Translations under genes and position numbers: made by a program | DNA from: an uncultured Nitrospiraceae bacterium | Lineage (GTDB): Bacteria; Nitrospirota; Thermodesulfovibrionia; Thermodesulfovibrionales; SM23-35 | Reading direction: 5' to 3' | DNA: 64,000 nucleotides | NCBI GenBank assembly: GCA_963727775.1 | Contig: CAVSHB010000002.1 | Span: 448,001-512,000 of the forward strand | Shown here: in pieces, positions 19,687 through 29,826 of the stretch | Layout of the letters: each line of letters opens with the position of its first letter | Numbering within the stretch: the stretch's first letter is position 1 | Notes under the pieces: model-generated | Databases searched by the model: none | The model's input: the letters and a program-made list of their open reading frames with translations, nothing else | Told to the model about the DNA's origin: nothing

Positions 19687-20682
19687 TCAGCCATAAAATT
19701 CTGATTTTAATGAGCGGTCCATCAGATCTTTGGCAGCAAAGAAGGGGTCCTTGTCCTCATAAAGGACCATATAAACCTGTTCTATAATAGGCATCTCTAT
19801 TTGATATTTCTTCGCAAGCTCATAAGCGGACCCTGCAGTTGCCACCCCTTCGGCGACGCTCTTTGTCTGGGTCAGGATGTCTTTCAGTTTCATGCCCTGC
19901 CCGAGTTTGGAGCCTACGGTATAATTCCTCGACAGCGGACTTGTGCAGGTAAGGACCAAATCCCCTATGCCGCTCAGCCCTGAGAATGTTTTTTCTTTTG
20001 CGCCCATGGCAACGCCAAGCCTTGTCATTTCAGCAAGGCCTCTTGTTATGATCGTTGCCCTTGCATTATTTCCGAACCCAAGACTGTCGGAAATCCCTGC
20101 TGCTATTGCCATAACATTCTTTAAGGCACCCCCGATCTCAACGCCTATTATGTCATTGTGAGTATATACTCTGAAACTATTTATGTTGAATACTTCCTGG
20201 AGCTCGAACCCGATGTTTTTGTCTTCTGTCGCCAGGGTTACGGCAGCGGGCATTTTTTTTATTACTTCCTTTGCAAAGCTCGGCCCTGATAATGCGGCGA
20301 CAGTATGCCCGGAAAGTTCTCTTAATATTGAAGAGACTGTCAGCAAAGTCCCTTTTTCTATTCCTTTAGAGATACTGACGATTATTGCTTCATCGAATAT
20401 ATGACGTACTGCTTCACTGAATACGGCGCGGGTATATTGTGTTGGAACGGCATTGACGATGTAACGGGCTTTTTTTACAGCTCCGGCAAGATCGTTTGTG
20501 ATCTTCAGATCGTCAGTCAATCTTATATCAGGCAAATATGTGCTGTTTACCCTCGTTTTATCCATTGTTTCAGCGAGGTCTTTTTCGTGAGCCCATAAGG
20601 TCACGTCGTAGCCCTTATCGGACAGGAGATACGCGAGGGTTGTTCCCCAGCTGCCGGCACCTATGACGGTAATATAGCTCAT
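19687..20682 (-). CDS. gpsA: NAD(P)H-dependent glycerol-3-phosphate dehydrogenase
   Basis: GAGSWGT, LSGPSFA, GGALKNV, GDLVLTC, SRN. Confidence 0.96.
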   Translation of the reverse strand: MSYITVIGAGSWGTTLAYLLSDKGYDVTLWAHEKDLAETMDKTRVNSTYLPDIRLTDDLKITNDLAGAVKKARYIVNAVPTQYTRAVFSEAVRHIFDEAIIVSISKGIEKGTLLTVSSILRELSGHTVAALSGPSFAKEVIKKMPAAVTLATEDKNIGFELQEVFNINSFRVYTHNDIIGVEIGGALKNVMAIAAGISDSLGFGNNARATIITRGLAEMTRLGVAMGAKEKTFSGLSGIGDLVLTCTSPLSRNYTVGSKLGQGMKLKDILTQTKSVAEGVATAGSAYELAKKYQIEMPIIEQVYMVLYEDKDPFFAAKDLMDRSLKSEFYG

Positions 20683-22434
20683 CTAATTTTTCTTCTCCGG
20701 CTTCAGGGATTTTTCGATCTTTGTCCATGTGTCGCGCAGTGTCGCAGTCCTGTTGAAGACCGGTTTGCCGGGGGAAGAATCGGGATCGACGCAAAAATAA
20801 CCCTGTCTCTCGAACTGGTATCGACTACCTATCGGGGCATCCGAGAGACTTAATTCTACTCTGCAGGATTTCAATATCGTTAATGAGTTCGAATTAATAT
20901 TGAATTTAAAATCACGTCCTTCTTCAATATCATTCGGGTCTTTCTTTGTGAACAGGTGGTCGTAGAGGCGCACCTCTGCTTCGACCGCCTGAGGCGCTGA
21001 AACCCAATGCAGCGTCGCCTTGACTTTGCGCCCGTCCGGTGAGTCGCCTCCGCGTGTCGCGGGATCATATGTGCACCGTAATTCAACCGGTTCTCCGGTC
21101 CTTTCGTCTTTGATTACGCCGATACATTTAATGAAATATGCATAACGCAAACGCACTTCACGTCCGGGGGCAAGGCGGTAAAACTGCTTCGGCGGGTCTT
21201 CACGAAAATCATCCCGTTCAATGTAGAGCACACGGGAAAAAGGGACCTTCCGCGTACCCATTCCCTCGTCTTCAGGATTGTTTACAGCCTCCAGCTCTTC
21301 AACGAGATCTTCCGGGTAATTTTCTATAACGACTTTAAGAGGATTTAACACAGCCATAACACGCGGGGCGTGCTTGTTAAGGTCTTCGCGGATGCAGTAT
21401 TCAAGCAACGCCACATCTACCATGCTGTCTCTCTTTGCCACGCCGATGCGCTCGCAAAAGTTTCTGATCGCTTCCTGTGTGTAGCCGCGCCTTCGCAATC
21501 CGGAAATAGTCGGCATACGCGGATCATTCCATCCCTTTACGTATCCTTGATCCACCAGCTCAATAAGCTTGCGTTTGCTTAATACTGTATAACTGAGGTT
21601 GAGGCGGGCAAACTCTAACTGACGCGGGTGGTAAACTCCTAATTCGTTGAGAAACCAATCGTAAAGCGGCCGATGGTCTTCAAACTCCAGGGTGCAGATC
21701 GAATGAGTGATGCCCTCGATGGAGTCGGAAATTCCATGGGCAAAATCATACATTGGGTAAATGCACCATTTATCGCCTGTACGATGATGGTCTGCATGCA
21801 GTATGCGGTAGATGACCGGATCGCGCATGTTAAGATTGCCCGCTTTCATATCAATTTTCGCACGAAGCGTGTGTGAGCCGTCCTCAAACTCACCTGCATT
21901 CATGCGCTCAAATAAGTCAAGGTTTTCTTCGACCGTACGTGAGCGGTAGGGGCTGTCTTTCCCGTGTTCCGTCAATGTGCCTCTGTACTCTCTTATTTCC
22001 CGGGGGCTCAAATCGCAGACATAAGCCTTCCCGGCTTTAATCAACTGGACCGCATACCGATATAGGCTATCAAAATAATCTGATGCGTAATGTAATCTGT
22101 CGTCCCAGTCAAAGCCGAGCCACCGGACGTCCTCCTTAATCGATTCGACATATTCGACTTCTTCCTTTGTAGGGTTTGTATCATCGAACCGGAGATTGCA
22201 AGACCCTCCGAAATCTTCAGCAATCCCAAAGTTAAGACAGATTGACTTTGCGTGTCCGATATGGAGATAACCGTTTGGTTCAGGAGGGAACCGTGTATGG
22301 ACCCGGCTGTCGTACTTTTTTGCCTGTATATCCTCCGCTATGATGCTCCGGATAAAATCCGAAGTCTGAGACGAATCCGGAGCAGGCGCTTGAGAAGATA
22401 CCTCATCTTTATTCATTTCTTTTTTGTCTTTCAT
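20683..22434 (-). CDS. glnS: Glutamine--tRNA ligase
   Basis: [41 protein letters not shown]. Confidence 0.96.
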   Translation of the reverse strand: MKDKKEMNKDEVSSQAPAPDSSQTSDFIRSIIAEDIQAKKYDSRVHTRFPPEPNGYLHIGHAKSICLNFGIAEDFGGSCNLRFDDTNPTKEEVEYVESIKEDVRWLGFDWDDRLHYASDYFDSLYRYAVQLIKAGKAYVCDLSPREIREYRGTLTEHGKDSPYRSRTVEENLDLFERMNAGEFEDGSHTLRAKIDMKAGNLNMRDPVIYRILHADHHRTGDKWCIYPMYDFAHGISDSIEGITHSICTLEFEDHRPLYDWFLNELGVYHPRQLEFARLNLSYTVLSKRKLIELVDQGYVKGWNDPRMPTISGLRRRGYTQEAIRNFCERIGVAKRDSMVDVALLEYCIREDLNKHAPRVMAVLNPLKVVIENYPEDLVEELEAVNNPEDEGMGTRKVPFSRVLYIERDDFREDPPKQFYRLAPGREVRLRYAYFIKCIGVIKDERTGEPVELRCTYDPATRGGDSPDGRKVKATLHWVSAPQAVEAEVRLYDHLFTKKDPNDIEEGRDFKFNINSNSLTILKSCRVELSLSDAPIGSRYQFERQGYFCVDPDSSPGKPVFNRTATLRDTWTKIEKSLKPEKKN

Positions 22435-22447
22435 TTATTGTTGGCAT

Positions 22448-23866
22448 TTATTGCTTGTCATTTATGGTTCTGATTGCTTTATCGAGCCTTTTCATCGTTT
22501 TTTCCTTTCCGACCAGCTCAATCACCTCAAAGATGCCCGGACTTTCAGTCTTCCCGGTCAACGCGACCCGGACAGGCTGCGCAATATTTCCGAGCTTGGT
22601 ATCCAGCTTTTCCCCGATGGCAATAAAAACCTTTTCTATCTCCTGCGCGTCAAAACGGTCGAGTTTTGCGAGCAATTCCCTTACCTCGATCAGATTTACA
22701 AGATATTTATCCTGTAGGAATTTCTCTTTTGCCTTCTCATTATATTCCACGTCATCTGCTATATAATACCTCAATGATTGGGCAAGTTCCAGAAGGGTCT
22801 TGGAACGTTCTTTGAGAGTATCAATCGCCTTTGAAAGCCATCCTTCATCCGGAAGCTGTCCATCAACGGTTATTCCTTCCTTTATGAGAATAGGCTTAAC
22901 AAGACTTACAAGGTTTTCAGACGGAGATGCAATTATATATTGGCTGTTAAGCCAGAGGAGCTTCTCCGGATTAAAGACAGCTGCTGATTTACCGACGTTG
23001 TCAAAAGAAAAATATTCTATCAGCTCGTCGATTGTGAAGACCTCCTGGTCTCCGTATGACCAGCCGAGGCGCACCAGGTAATTGATCAATGCTTCAGGGA
23101 GATACCCCATTCCTTTATAGGCTGTGACCGAGGTAGCGCCGTGCCTTTTACTCAGCCTCGCCTTATCAGATCCTAAAATCATGGGCAGATGAGCAAACAT
23201 AGGGATTTCGTAACCAAGCGCGCTGTAAATGTGGATCTGTTTCGGTGTATTATTCAGATGGTCATCACCCCTAATGACATGTGTTATGTTCATATCCACA
23301 TCATCAACGACAACGGTAAAATTATACGTCGGCGTCCCGTCGGACCGGACGATTATAGGGTCGTCTATGAGAGCGTTATCAAAGGTTATCCTGCCCCGGA
23401 TCAAATCATTAACAACTATCCCGCCTTCCTGCGGCATTTTGAAACGGACTACAGGCTTTCTCCCCGGCACCTCCTTCAGGTCCCTGCAGCGTCCGTCGTA
23501 TTTGGGTGATTTCCCCTGCGCCAGCGCTTCCTGTCTCCTTTGTTCCAGCTCTTCAGGGGAACAATAGCAGTAATAGGCCTTTCCATATTTTAAGAGTTTG
23601 TCTGCGTAGTCCTTATATACATCAAACCTGTCTGTCTGTCGGTATGGGCCTTCTTCCCAATCAAGATTCAACCACCTCATCCCTTCCATGATCGAATCTA
23701 TATATTCTTCGGTTGAACGGGTCCTGTCGGTGTCTTCGATCCTCAGTATAAACGTGCCGTTGTTGTGTTTTGCAAACAGCCAGTTGAACAATGCAGTCCT
23801 TGCCCCGCCTATATGCAGATGTCCGGTCGGGCTCGGTGCGAACCTTACTCTTATTTTTTCAACCAA
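22448..23866 (-). CDS. gltX: Glutamate--tRNA ligase
   Basis: RVRFAPSPTGHLHIGG, RIEDTD, HVIRGDDH, LSKRHG. Confidence 0.97.
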   Translation of the reverse strand: MVEKIRVRFAPSPTGHLHIGGARTALFNWLFAKHNNGTFILRIEDTDRTRSTEEYIDSIMEGMRWLNLDWEEGPYRQTDRFDVYKDYADKLLKYGKAYYCYCSPEELEQRRQEALAQGKSPKYDGRCRDLKEVPGRKPVVRFKMPQEGGIVVNDLIRGRITFDNALIDDPIIVRSDGTPTYNFTVVVDDVDMNITHVIRGDDHLNNTPKQIHIYSALGYEIPMFAHLPMILGSDKARLSKRHGATSVTAYKGMGYLPEALINYLVRLGWSYGDQEVFTIDELIEYFSFDNVGKSAAVFNPEKLLWLNSQYIIASPSENLVSLVKPILIKEGITVDGQLPDEGWLSKAIDTLKERSKTLLELAQSLRYYIADDVEYNEKAKEKFLQDKYLVNLIEVRELLAKLDRFDAQEIEKVFIAIGEKLDTKLGNIAQPVRVALTGKTESPGIFEVIELVGKEKTMKRLDKAIRTINDKQ

Positions 23867-23914
23867 AGATGACCTCCGTATTCTTAAATCAAATAATAAT
23901 AAAACATAATTTCA

Positions 23915-24004
23915 GATGTTGTGAAAAAATTTATTTTTCGATACCTTGACATAATACTATTTCAGAATGAATTCATCGAGTTAAATAAATTTTTGAACAG
24001 TATC
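23915..24004. mobile_element. Miniature inverted-repeat element, copy 1 (shares ends with 28182-28315)
   Basis: Left end GATGTTGTGAAAAAATTTATTT..GATACCTT; right end CATCGAGTTAAATAAATTTTTGAACAGTATC. The ends are imperfect inverted repeats and a second copy lies at 28182. Confidence 0.65.
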
Positions 24005-24018
24005 TGAAATTATTTCCT

Positions 24019-25437
24019 TTAATCCCTGACCTTTTTCACCTCAAATTTCAAAATATTTTTTGTCTCTTCAGTGACCTTGAAGCGCTCATCCCCCCTGTAC
24101 CCTACGATCCATATAATATCATTTCCAGATACTATTAGCGGGACCCTGTCACGCTCATCTCTCGGTATCTTTTCGTCAACAAAAAAGTCCTGAAGTTTTT
24201 TCCGCTTGCCGAAGCCTGACGGATAAAAAGCATCACCGTTTGTTCTCGGCCTTGCCGTCAGAGGGAGGCGTACTTTATCTGCATCGAAGAAAGCTGAAGA
24301 AGCCCAAAGGCCATCATTTCGAGATACGACATCCAATCCGTGACTTTCGATTACAAAGGACTTAATCAATAATCCTGCTTCCTTCAGGATAGTGTCTCCG
24401 GGGACTGCCAATGTATAGGTATTTAATGCGACCGGCGTCTCAGACGTTAGGACGAGCATCGCATAGTCTTTAATTACCCTAATGTCTTTAGGGAGGTAGA
24501 GTCTGTCACCGGGCTTGCCCTTCTTTATAAGTTCAAAGATGTCCTCTATATGAATGAAAGTTATCCCGCGAAGACCGTTTGTTTCATCTATCGCCCTCCT
24601 CAGGACCTTTCTCAATATTACTTTATCCATGCTCTCAAACGGGCTGAGAAAAAGTTCAATTCTGGTATCGGTCTTCCTGCTTATGAGTTTCATCAGTGTC
24701 TTGGTAACAATGATCTCAAAATATTTTTCTTCGTCCCTGAATATTGACGCAGTCCTCGAAAGGGTTTCGGTAATATCGGGATTAAGTTCCTTAATGATCG
24801 GCATGAGTGAAAGCCTTATTCTGTTCCTCAGATAATCTATTTTAAGGTTCGATGAATCGATAACAAAATCGAGCTTCTCATGGGAAAGGAATTCTTCGAT
24901 CTCTTTTCTCTCAATCTCAATCAGCGGCCTGATGATATTTTTCCTTACAGGCGGAATACCGGCGAGGCCCGTGGGGCCCGATCCCCTGAAAAGACGCATT
25001 AAAACTGTTTCAGCCTGGTCGTCTGCTGTATGTGCCAGGGCGATTTTATGGGCATTTGTTTCATAAGCGGTTTCTTCTAATACCTTATAACGCAAACGCC
25101 TTGCTGCGTCCTGTATGGAAGTCTTTTGCTCTTTAGCACAGCTCTTTACATCAATCGCCTTTGTAATAAACGGTATGTTGAGTTTTCGTGCCTGCATTCT
25201 ACAGAAATCAATCTCATTAGGTGTTTCTCCGGGTCTCAGGCCGTGGTCGATATATATTGCATGCAACTCGGTCATGAATTTATCTTTTAGGGCATGGAGC
25301 ACATGGAGGAGACATACTGAATCGGGCCCGCCAGATAATCCAATAAGGATCCTTTCTCCGCCGGAGATCATGGCATACCTGGTTATAGAGGCAATTACTT
25401 TCTGAAAGAAGTTCGGCAACAAGATTGTTATCTCCAT
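24019..25437 (-). CDS. tilS: tRNA(Ile)-lysidine synthetase
   Basis: LSGGPDS, DHGLR, AHTADDQAETVL, IIRPL, LRNRIR, plus the C-terminal TilS domain. Confidence 0.95.
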   Translation of the reverse strand: MEITILLPNFFQKVIASITRYAMISGGERILIGLSGGPDSVCLLHVLHALKDKFMTELHAIYIDHGLRPGETPNEIDFCRMQARKLNIPFITKAIDVKSCAKEQKTSIQDAARRLRYKVLEETAYETNAHKIALAHTADDQAETVLMRLFRGSGPTGLAGIPPVRKNIIRPLIEIERKEIEEFLSHEKLDFVIDSSNLKIDYLRNRIRLSLMPIIKELNPDITETLSRTASIFRDEEKYFEIIVTKTLMKLISRKTDTRIELFLSPFESMDKVILRKVLRRAIDETNGLRGITFIHIEDIFELIKKGKPGDRLYLPKDIRVIKDYAMLVLTSETPVALNTYTLAVPGDTILKEAGLLIKSFVIESHGLDVVSRNDGLWASSAFFDADKVRLPLTARPRTNGDAFYPSGFGKRKKLQDFFVDEKIPRDERDRVPLIVSGNDIIWIVGYRGDERFKVTEETKNILKFEVKKVRD

Positions 25438-25733
25438 GAATCCTTATTTAATATGTCGAGGTACTCTTCCCATTCAACCGGCAAGAGATATTTCTTCTTA
25501 TTGTTGCATTCTTTGCAGGCTGGGACAAGATTTCCCTTTGATGATTTGCCTCCCCGTACTAAGGGAATTAAGTGCTCCATAGTGAGTTCTTTCGGCGGCA
25601 CTTTGGCCCTGCAGAAATAACAAATGCCTTCAGCACGTTTTCTTTGCCACCACTGGGATTTTCTCAGCTTCTGTGCCTTGTTTTTTTCTTTTTTTATCTC
25701 TTCTTCAGTAACAGGTGAAATAAAAGGTTCCAT
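25428..25733 (-). CDS. Small HNH endonuclease family protein
   Basis: CYFC...LTMEHLIPLVRGGKSSKGNLVPACKECNNKK. Confidence 0.9.
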   Translation of the reverse strand: MEPFISPVTEEEIKKEKNKAQKLRKSQWWQRKRAEGICYFCRAKVPPKELTMEHLIPLVRGGKSSKGNLVPACKECNNKKKYLLPVEWEEYLDILNKDSWR

Positions 25734-25833
25734 AGTTATATGTAATTAATAATAGGGGTTTCCCATGGCAATCTTATAAAGGGCCTATCAAGCTCTGAGG
25801 ACCTTGATGCGTTGGCAGAGATGGTAAGAAAAA

Positions 25834-26181
25834 TTAGAATAATTTGCCGAGATTGCCCAAGCCCGGCAACTGCAACCCGCCGGTCAATTTTGACATCTCG
25901 CCGTTTACCATCTCCTGGGCACGCCGCAAAGCCTCATTGGCTGCCGCCATGATAAGGTCCTGAAGCATCTCGACGTCATCCGGGTTGACTACATCTTTTT
26001 CGATCTTTATCGAGAGTATTTCTCCTGCGCCGCTTGCTACTACGGTGACCATCCCGCCTCCTGCGGAAGCTTCAACGGTTTTTTTCTTTGCCTCTTCCTG
26101 CATCTCGGCCATTTTTGTCTGAAGCTTCTGTGCCTCGCGCATGATATCTCCAAGCATCTTCTTTGACATCTTGTCCTCCAT
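25834..26181 (-). CDS. ybaB: YbaB/EbfC nucleoid-associated protein
   Basis: [31 protein letters not shown]; directly downstream of dnaX. Confidence 0.93.
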   Translation of the reverse strand: MEDKMSKKMLGDIMREAQKLQTKMAEMQEEAKKKTVEASAGGGMVTVVASGAGEILSIKIEKDVVNPDDVEMLQDLIMAAANEALRRAQEMVNGEMSKLTGGLQLPGLGNLGKLF

Positions 26182-26209
26182 TCACCCCTTAAGAAATCAG
26201 AGGGGTAAT

Positions 26210-27880
26210 CTATTTTCCATCTTCATTTATTTGCGTCACATCGACAATCCTGCCGTCAAAGAGTTCAAGGACCTCTTTGACCAGCGGATCTGCCATTACT
26301 TCTTCCTTCAGGTCTTTTTTACGGACGGCCTTTTTTTTCACGCTTTCTATTTCCAGACTGATTCTGTTGCCGAGTTCTTCCGAAAAAATTTGCTCTATTT
26401 CTACCTTATGTTTTTTGATTGAATCCGCAAAGAATGAGTCCCCACCATTGAGGGTCAAGACCATTTTATCTCCAATAATCTTAAAACTTGCCCTGGACAA
26501 TTTCGAAGCCAATGGCGTATCCAACCTTTTTATAGCCCTGTCCCATATTCCGTCCGAAACAGCTTTCCCCTCTAAAGCTGCGGTATCTTCCCGGGCTTGC
26601 AATGCCGGTTCGGGCAAGCCGGCGGCTTTCGAATCTTTTGCAAGAATATCATGCGTCGGTTGCGTTACGCTTGCGGCAACCTTTTGTTCAATATCTCTTA
26701 CCGGGCTGTGAGGGACTATTTGCGGATTTCCTTTAGCCGGTATGAGTTTCGCATATTCCTCAATATTTTCCAAAATATCTTTTATCGGTTTAATATCGCG
26801 TAGAAAACTTATTTTTAAAAGGGACATTTCGAATGCGAGACGGGGTAAGGATGCATTTCTTATATCAATCTCTGTCTTCAGAAGTTCTGAGAGTATGAGA
26901 GCAAGCTGGTTTTCTGAGGTCTTCAGCAGGATATTTCTAATGCTTTCGAGTTCCTCGTTGCTTATGTCAAGCGTCTCTTCCGGTTTTTTCACAATAGCGG
27001 CAACAAGCATATTCCTGAAAAACTGAATGAGTTCTTTAGTGAAAGATCTGATATCAGTCCCCTTTTCCATGAGTTCCGCCGTAATGTTCAGAATGTCTTC
27101 TTTGTTGCCTTCGATTAGGGCCACCGAGAGCTGGGAAAGAAGCCCAAAATCTGTTATGCCGAGGAGGTCTTTAACATCAGATTCATTTATGTCTGTTGCA
27201 AATGAGGATATCTGGTCAAGTATCGTGAGCGAATCCCTCATGCTTCCGTCTGCCGCCCGCGCAACCATTTCGATTGCAGGTCCGGAAATATTGATGCCTT
27301 CCGTATCCGAGATCTTTATTAACCTATCCTTTATCATGGGAATGGATATCCTCCTGAACGGGAGATGCTGGCAGCGGGAAAGCACGGTTGAAGGTACCTT
27401 TTTGGGAGCTGTTGTCGCAAGCACAAAGACAACGTGTGCCGGGGGCTCTTCCAGCGTTTTTAATAAGGCATTGAAAGCGGCGTCAGACAGCATGTGCGTT
27501 TCATCGATTATATAGACCTTATACCTTGCGCCCGAAGGTACATATTTCACCCTTTCCCTGAGATCTCTTATGTCATTGACACTATTGTTCGATGCGCCGT
27601 CTATTTCCATCACATCTACTGAAGAACCGTCTGTTATTGAAGTGCAGAATGCGCATGAGCCGCAAGGGGAAGATGTCGGTCCATTTTTACAGTTCAGCGC
27701 CTTTGCGAGAATCCTTGCCGTAGATGTTTTCCCGACCCCTCTCGGTCCCGAGAAGAGATAGGCGTGCGCGATCCTCCCCTGATCAATAGAGTTTTTTAGG
27801 ACTCGTATTATGGGTTCCTGACCTATGAGGTCGTCAAATTCCCGGGGTCTCCATTTTCTTGCCAGTACTAAATAGCTCAT
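26210..27880 (-). CDS. dnaX: DNA polymerase III subunit gamma/tau
   Basis: SYLVLARKWRP, GPRGVGKTS, EIDGASN, IIDETHML, NALLKTLEEPP. Confidence 0.97.
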   Translation of the reverse strand: MSYLVLARKWRPREFDDLIGQEPIIRVLKNSIDQGRIAHAYLFSGPRGVGKTSTARILAKALNCKNGPTSSPCGSCAFCTSITDGSSVDVMEIDGASNNSVNDIRDLRERVKYVPSGARYKVYIIDETHMLSDAAFNALLKTLEEPPAHVVFVLATTAPKKVPSTVLSRCQHLPFRRISIPMIKDRLIKISDTEGINISGPAIEMVARAADGSMRDSLTILDQISSFATDINESDVKDLLGITDFGLLSQLSVALIEGNKEDILNITAELMEKGTDIRSFTKELIQFFRNMLVAAIVKKPEETLDISNEELESIRNILLKTSENQLALILSELLKTEIDIRNASLPRLAFEMSLLKISFLRDIKPIKDILENIEEYAKLIPAKGNPQIVPHSPVRDIEQKVAASVTQPTHDILAKDSKAAGLPEPALQAREDTAALEGKAVSDGIWDRAIKRLDTPLASKLSRASFKIIGDKMVLTLNGGDSFFADSIKKHKVEIEQIFSEELGNRISLEIESVKKKAVRKKDLKEEVMADPLVKEVLELFDGRIVDVTQINEDGK

Positions 27881-27902
27881 ATCTTTTTCCCTTGTCCCTC
27901 TC

Positions 27903-28011
27903 CAGCCTGAGAACGGCTACCTCCGGCACCCAGGAAAAACGCTTACCGTTGCTTCCTTCCGGACCTCACGGGGTTCACATCCACCTGCTGCGAAGGGCCG
28001 TCCCCAGGCTG
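27903..28011 (-). ncRNA. ffs: Signal recognition particle RNA (small bacterial type)
   Basis: Minus strand GTGAACCCCGTGAGGTCCGGAAGGAAGCAACGG domain IV inside a long stem closed by CAGCCTG/CAGGCTG; the tRNA-Ser-ffs-dnaX order is conserved. Confidence 0.92.
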
Positions 28012-28024
28012 CAGAAAGACAAGA

Positions 28025-28115
28025 TGGCGGAGAGAGTGGGATTTGAACCCACGGTACGGTATTAGCGTACACACGATTTCCAGTCGTGCTCCTTCGGCCG
28101 CTCGGACATCTCTCC
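28025..28115 (-). tRNA. tRNA-Ser (anticodon GGA)
   Basis: GGAGAGA acceptor stem, anticodon arm CACGA-CTGGAAA-TCGTG, long variable arm, GTTCAAATC T-loop, encoded CCA. Confidence 0.97.
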
Positions 28116-28181
28116 TAATGGCCGTTATTAATAAACAGTAAATCGTAACAAGTCGACACTAAAAATTAACGATGCAATACG

Positions 28182-28315
28182 GATATTGTGAGGAAATTTA
28201 TTTATTGATACCTTAGTGTACCTTAACCGATGGTTTTTGGAAATATTTTAATGGCAATAACAATCAAGGATAATTTCAATGTTCCATCAAGTTAAATAAA
28301 TTTTTGAACAACATC
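28182..28315. mobile_element. Miniature inverted-repeat element, copy 2
   Basis: Left end GATATTGTGAGGAAATTTATTT..GATACCTT; right end CATCAAGTTAAATAAATTTTTGAACAACATC. Both match 23915-24004. Confidence 0.65.
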
Positions 28316-28389
28316 CGTATTGTGCCTATCAATAGAGAAGATGCTCGGCTTACGATCCTTATAAGATTAATGAAAATACGGGTATAAAA

Positions 28390-29826
28390 TCAAGGTTGCG
28401 AAGAAAGCTTATTTTTTATTAACTCATTCACCATTTGGGGGTTCGCCTTGCCCTTTGTCATTTTCATCACCTGGCCTACAAAGAACCCTATGAGTTTTTC
28501 TTCTCCTCCCTTGAATCTTTCAACCTCTTTCGGGCTGTTTGCGATGATATCATCAAGCGCTTTTTCTATCGCAGCGGAATCGCTTATCTGTACCAAGCCT
28601 TTTTCTTTTACAATGACCACGGCATCTTTTCCGGTTTTATATATTTCATCGAAGACTGTTTTCGCTATCTTTCCGCTGATGGTGCCGCTATCTATAAGAT
28701 TGAGCATATCTACCAGTTGCTTCGGTCTCAAGGGACATTCTTCAACGGTCTTATTATCTTCATTCAGCAATTTCATCAAATCGCCTTTCACCCAATTCGC
28801 AACAGTCTTCGGCTGGCCGCCGAGCCTTACAGCTTCTTCAAACCAATCGGCCAACGGCTTTTCCGCTACGAGCAGCCCTGCGTCGTATTCGGGAAGAGCG
28901 TATTCGGACACAAACCGCGAGCGCTTTGTGTCCGGCAGTTCCGGCAAAGACGCTCTAATCCCGTCGATCCATTCTTTTGCGACTACGATGGGTACGAGGT
29001 CAGGCTCGGGGAAATAGCGGTAGTCATGGGCTTCTTCCTTACCCCGCATGGATTCCGTTATGCATCTGTTCGAATCCCAGAGCCTTGTCTCTTGAATAAT
29101 TTCCCCGCCTTCTTCCACAACCTTTATCTGGCGTTTTATCTCATATTCCAGGGCCTTTTCAACAAATTTGAAGGAATTGATATTCTTTACTTCCGCCCTT
29201 GTGCCGTATTCTTTTTGACCTATGGGTCTTACGGAAATATTTGCGTCGCAGCGCATAGAACCCTGTTCCATGTTGCCGTCACATACGCCGAGATATCTGA
29301 GAATGGCCCTGAGTTTTTTCATATATTCCACAGCTTCCTGCGGACTTCTTATATCAGGCTCTGAAACGATTTCCATCAAAGGTACACCTGCCCTGTTTAA
29401 ATCCACAAAACTGTAATTGCCCGCGCCTTCATGGATGTTCTTTCCGGCGTCCTCTTCCATGTGAATTCTCGTAATCCCAATTCTTTTGATAGAACCTTCC
29501 ACAACTATTTCTATATGACCATTCTCGCAGATGGGAAGCTCATACTGGCTTATTTGGTAGCCTTTCGGCAGGTCGGGATAAAAATAATTTTTCCGTGCAA
29601 ACCTGCTGTAATTGGAAATCCTACAGCTTGTAGAGAGGCCTGTTTTTATCGCAAACTCGATGGCTTTTCTGTTTAGAACCGGGAGCACTCCGGGCATTCC
29701 GATGCAGACGGGACATGTCTGGGTATTCGGTTCGGAGCCGAATATGGTAGAACAGCCGCAGAATATCTTCGTGTCTGTCAGCATCTGCGCATGAACCTCA
29801 AGGCCGATAACAGTTTCATATTTCAT
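28390..29826 (-). CDS. gatB: Asp-tRNA(Asn)/Glu-tRNA(Gln) amidotransferase subunit B
   Basis: [39 protein letters not shown]. The ATG at 29826 overlaps the gatA stop. Confidence 0.97.
   Translation of the reverse strand: MKYETVIGLEVHAQMLTDTKIFCGCSTIFGSEPNTQTCPVCIGMPGVLPVLNRKAIEFAIKTGLSTSCRISNYSRFARKNYFYPDLPKGYQISQYELPICENGHIEIVVEGSIKRIGITRIHMEEDAGKNIHEGAGNYSFVDLNRAGVPLMEIVSEPDIRSPQEAVEYMKKLRAILRYLGVCDGNMEQGSMRCDANISVRPIGQKEYGTRAEVKNINSFKFVEKALEYEIKRQIKVVEEGGEIIQETRLWDSNRCITESMRGKEEAHDYRYFPEPDLVPIVVAKEWIDGIRASLPELPDTKRSRFVSEYALPEYDAGLLVAEKPLADWFEEAVRLGGQPKTVANWVKGDLMKLLNEDNKTVEECPLRPKQLVDMLNLIDSGTISGKIAKTVFDEIYKTGKDAVVIVKEKGLVQISDSAAIEKALDDIIANSPKEVERFKGGEEKLIGFFVGQVMKMTKGKANPQMVNELIKNKLSSQP

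Noticed and set aside
25428..25733. HNH gene as a homing endonuclease or defence nuclease
   Set aside because: It is a short stand-alone HNH coupled to tilS, with no intron/intein or defence context; it looks like the widespread chromosomal type.
26329..26341. A8G run in dnaX as a gamma/tau frameshift or slippage site
   Set aside because: It lies about 40 codons from the C-terminus, so it would not yield a gamma-sized product; it encodes an ordinary KKK.
28025..28390. tRNA-Ser as an integration site for an island or prophage
   Set aside because: There is no integrase and no duplicated tRNA 3' end; the flanks are ffs-dnaX and gatB.
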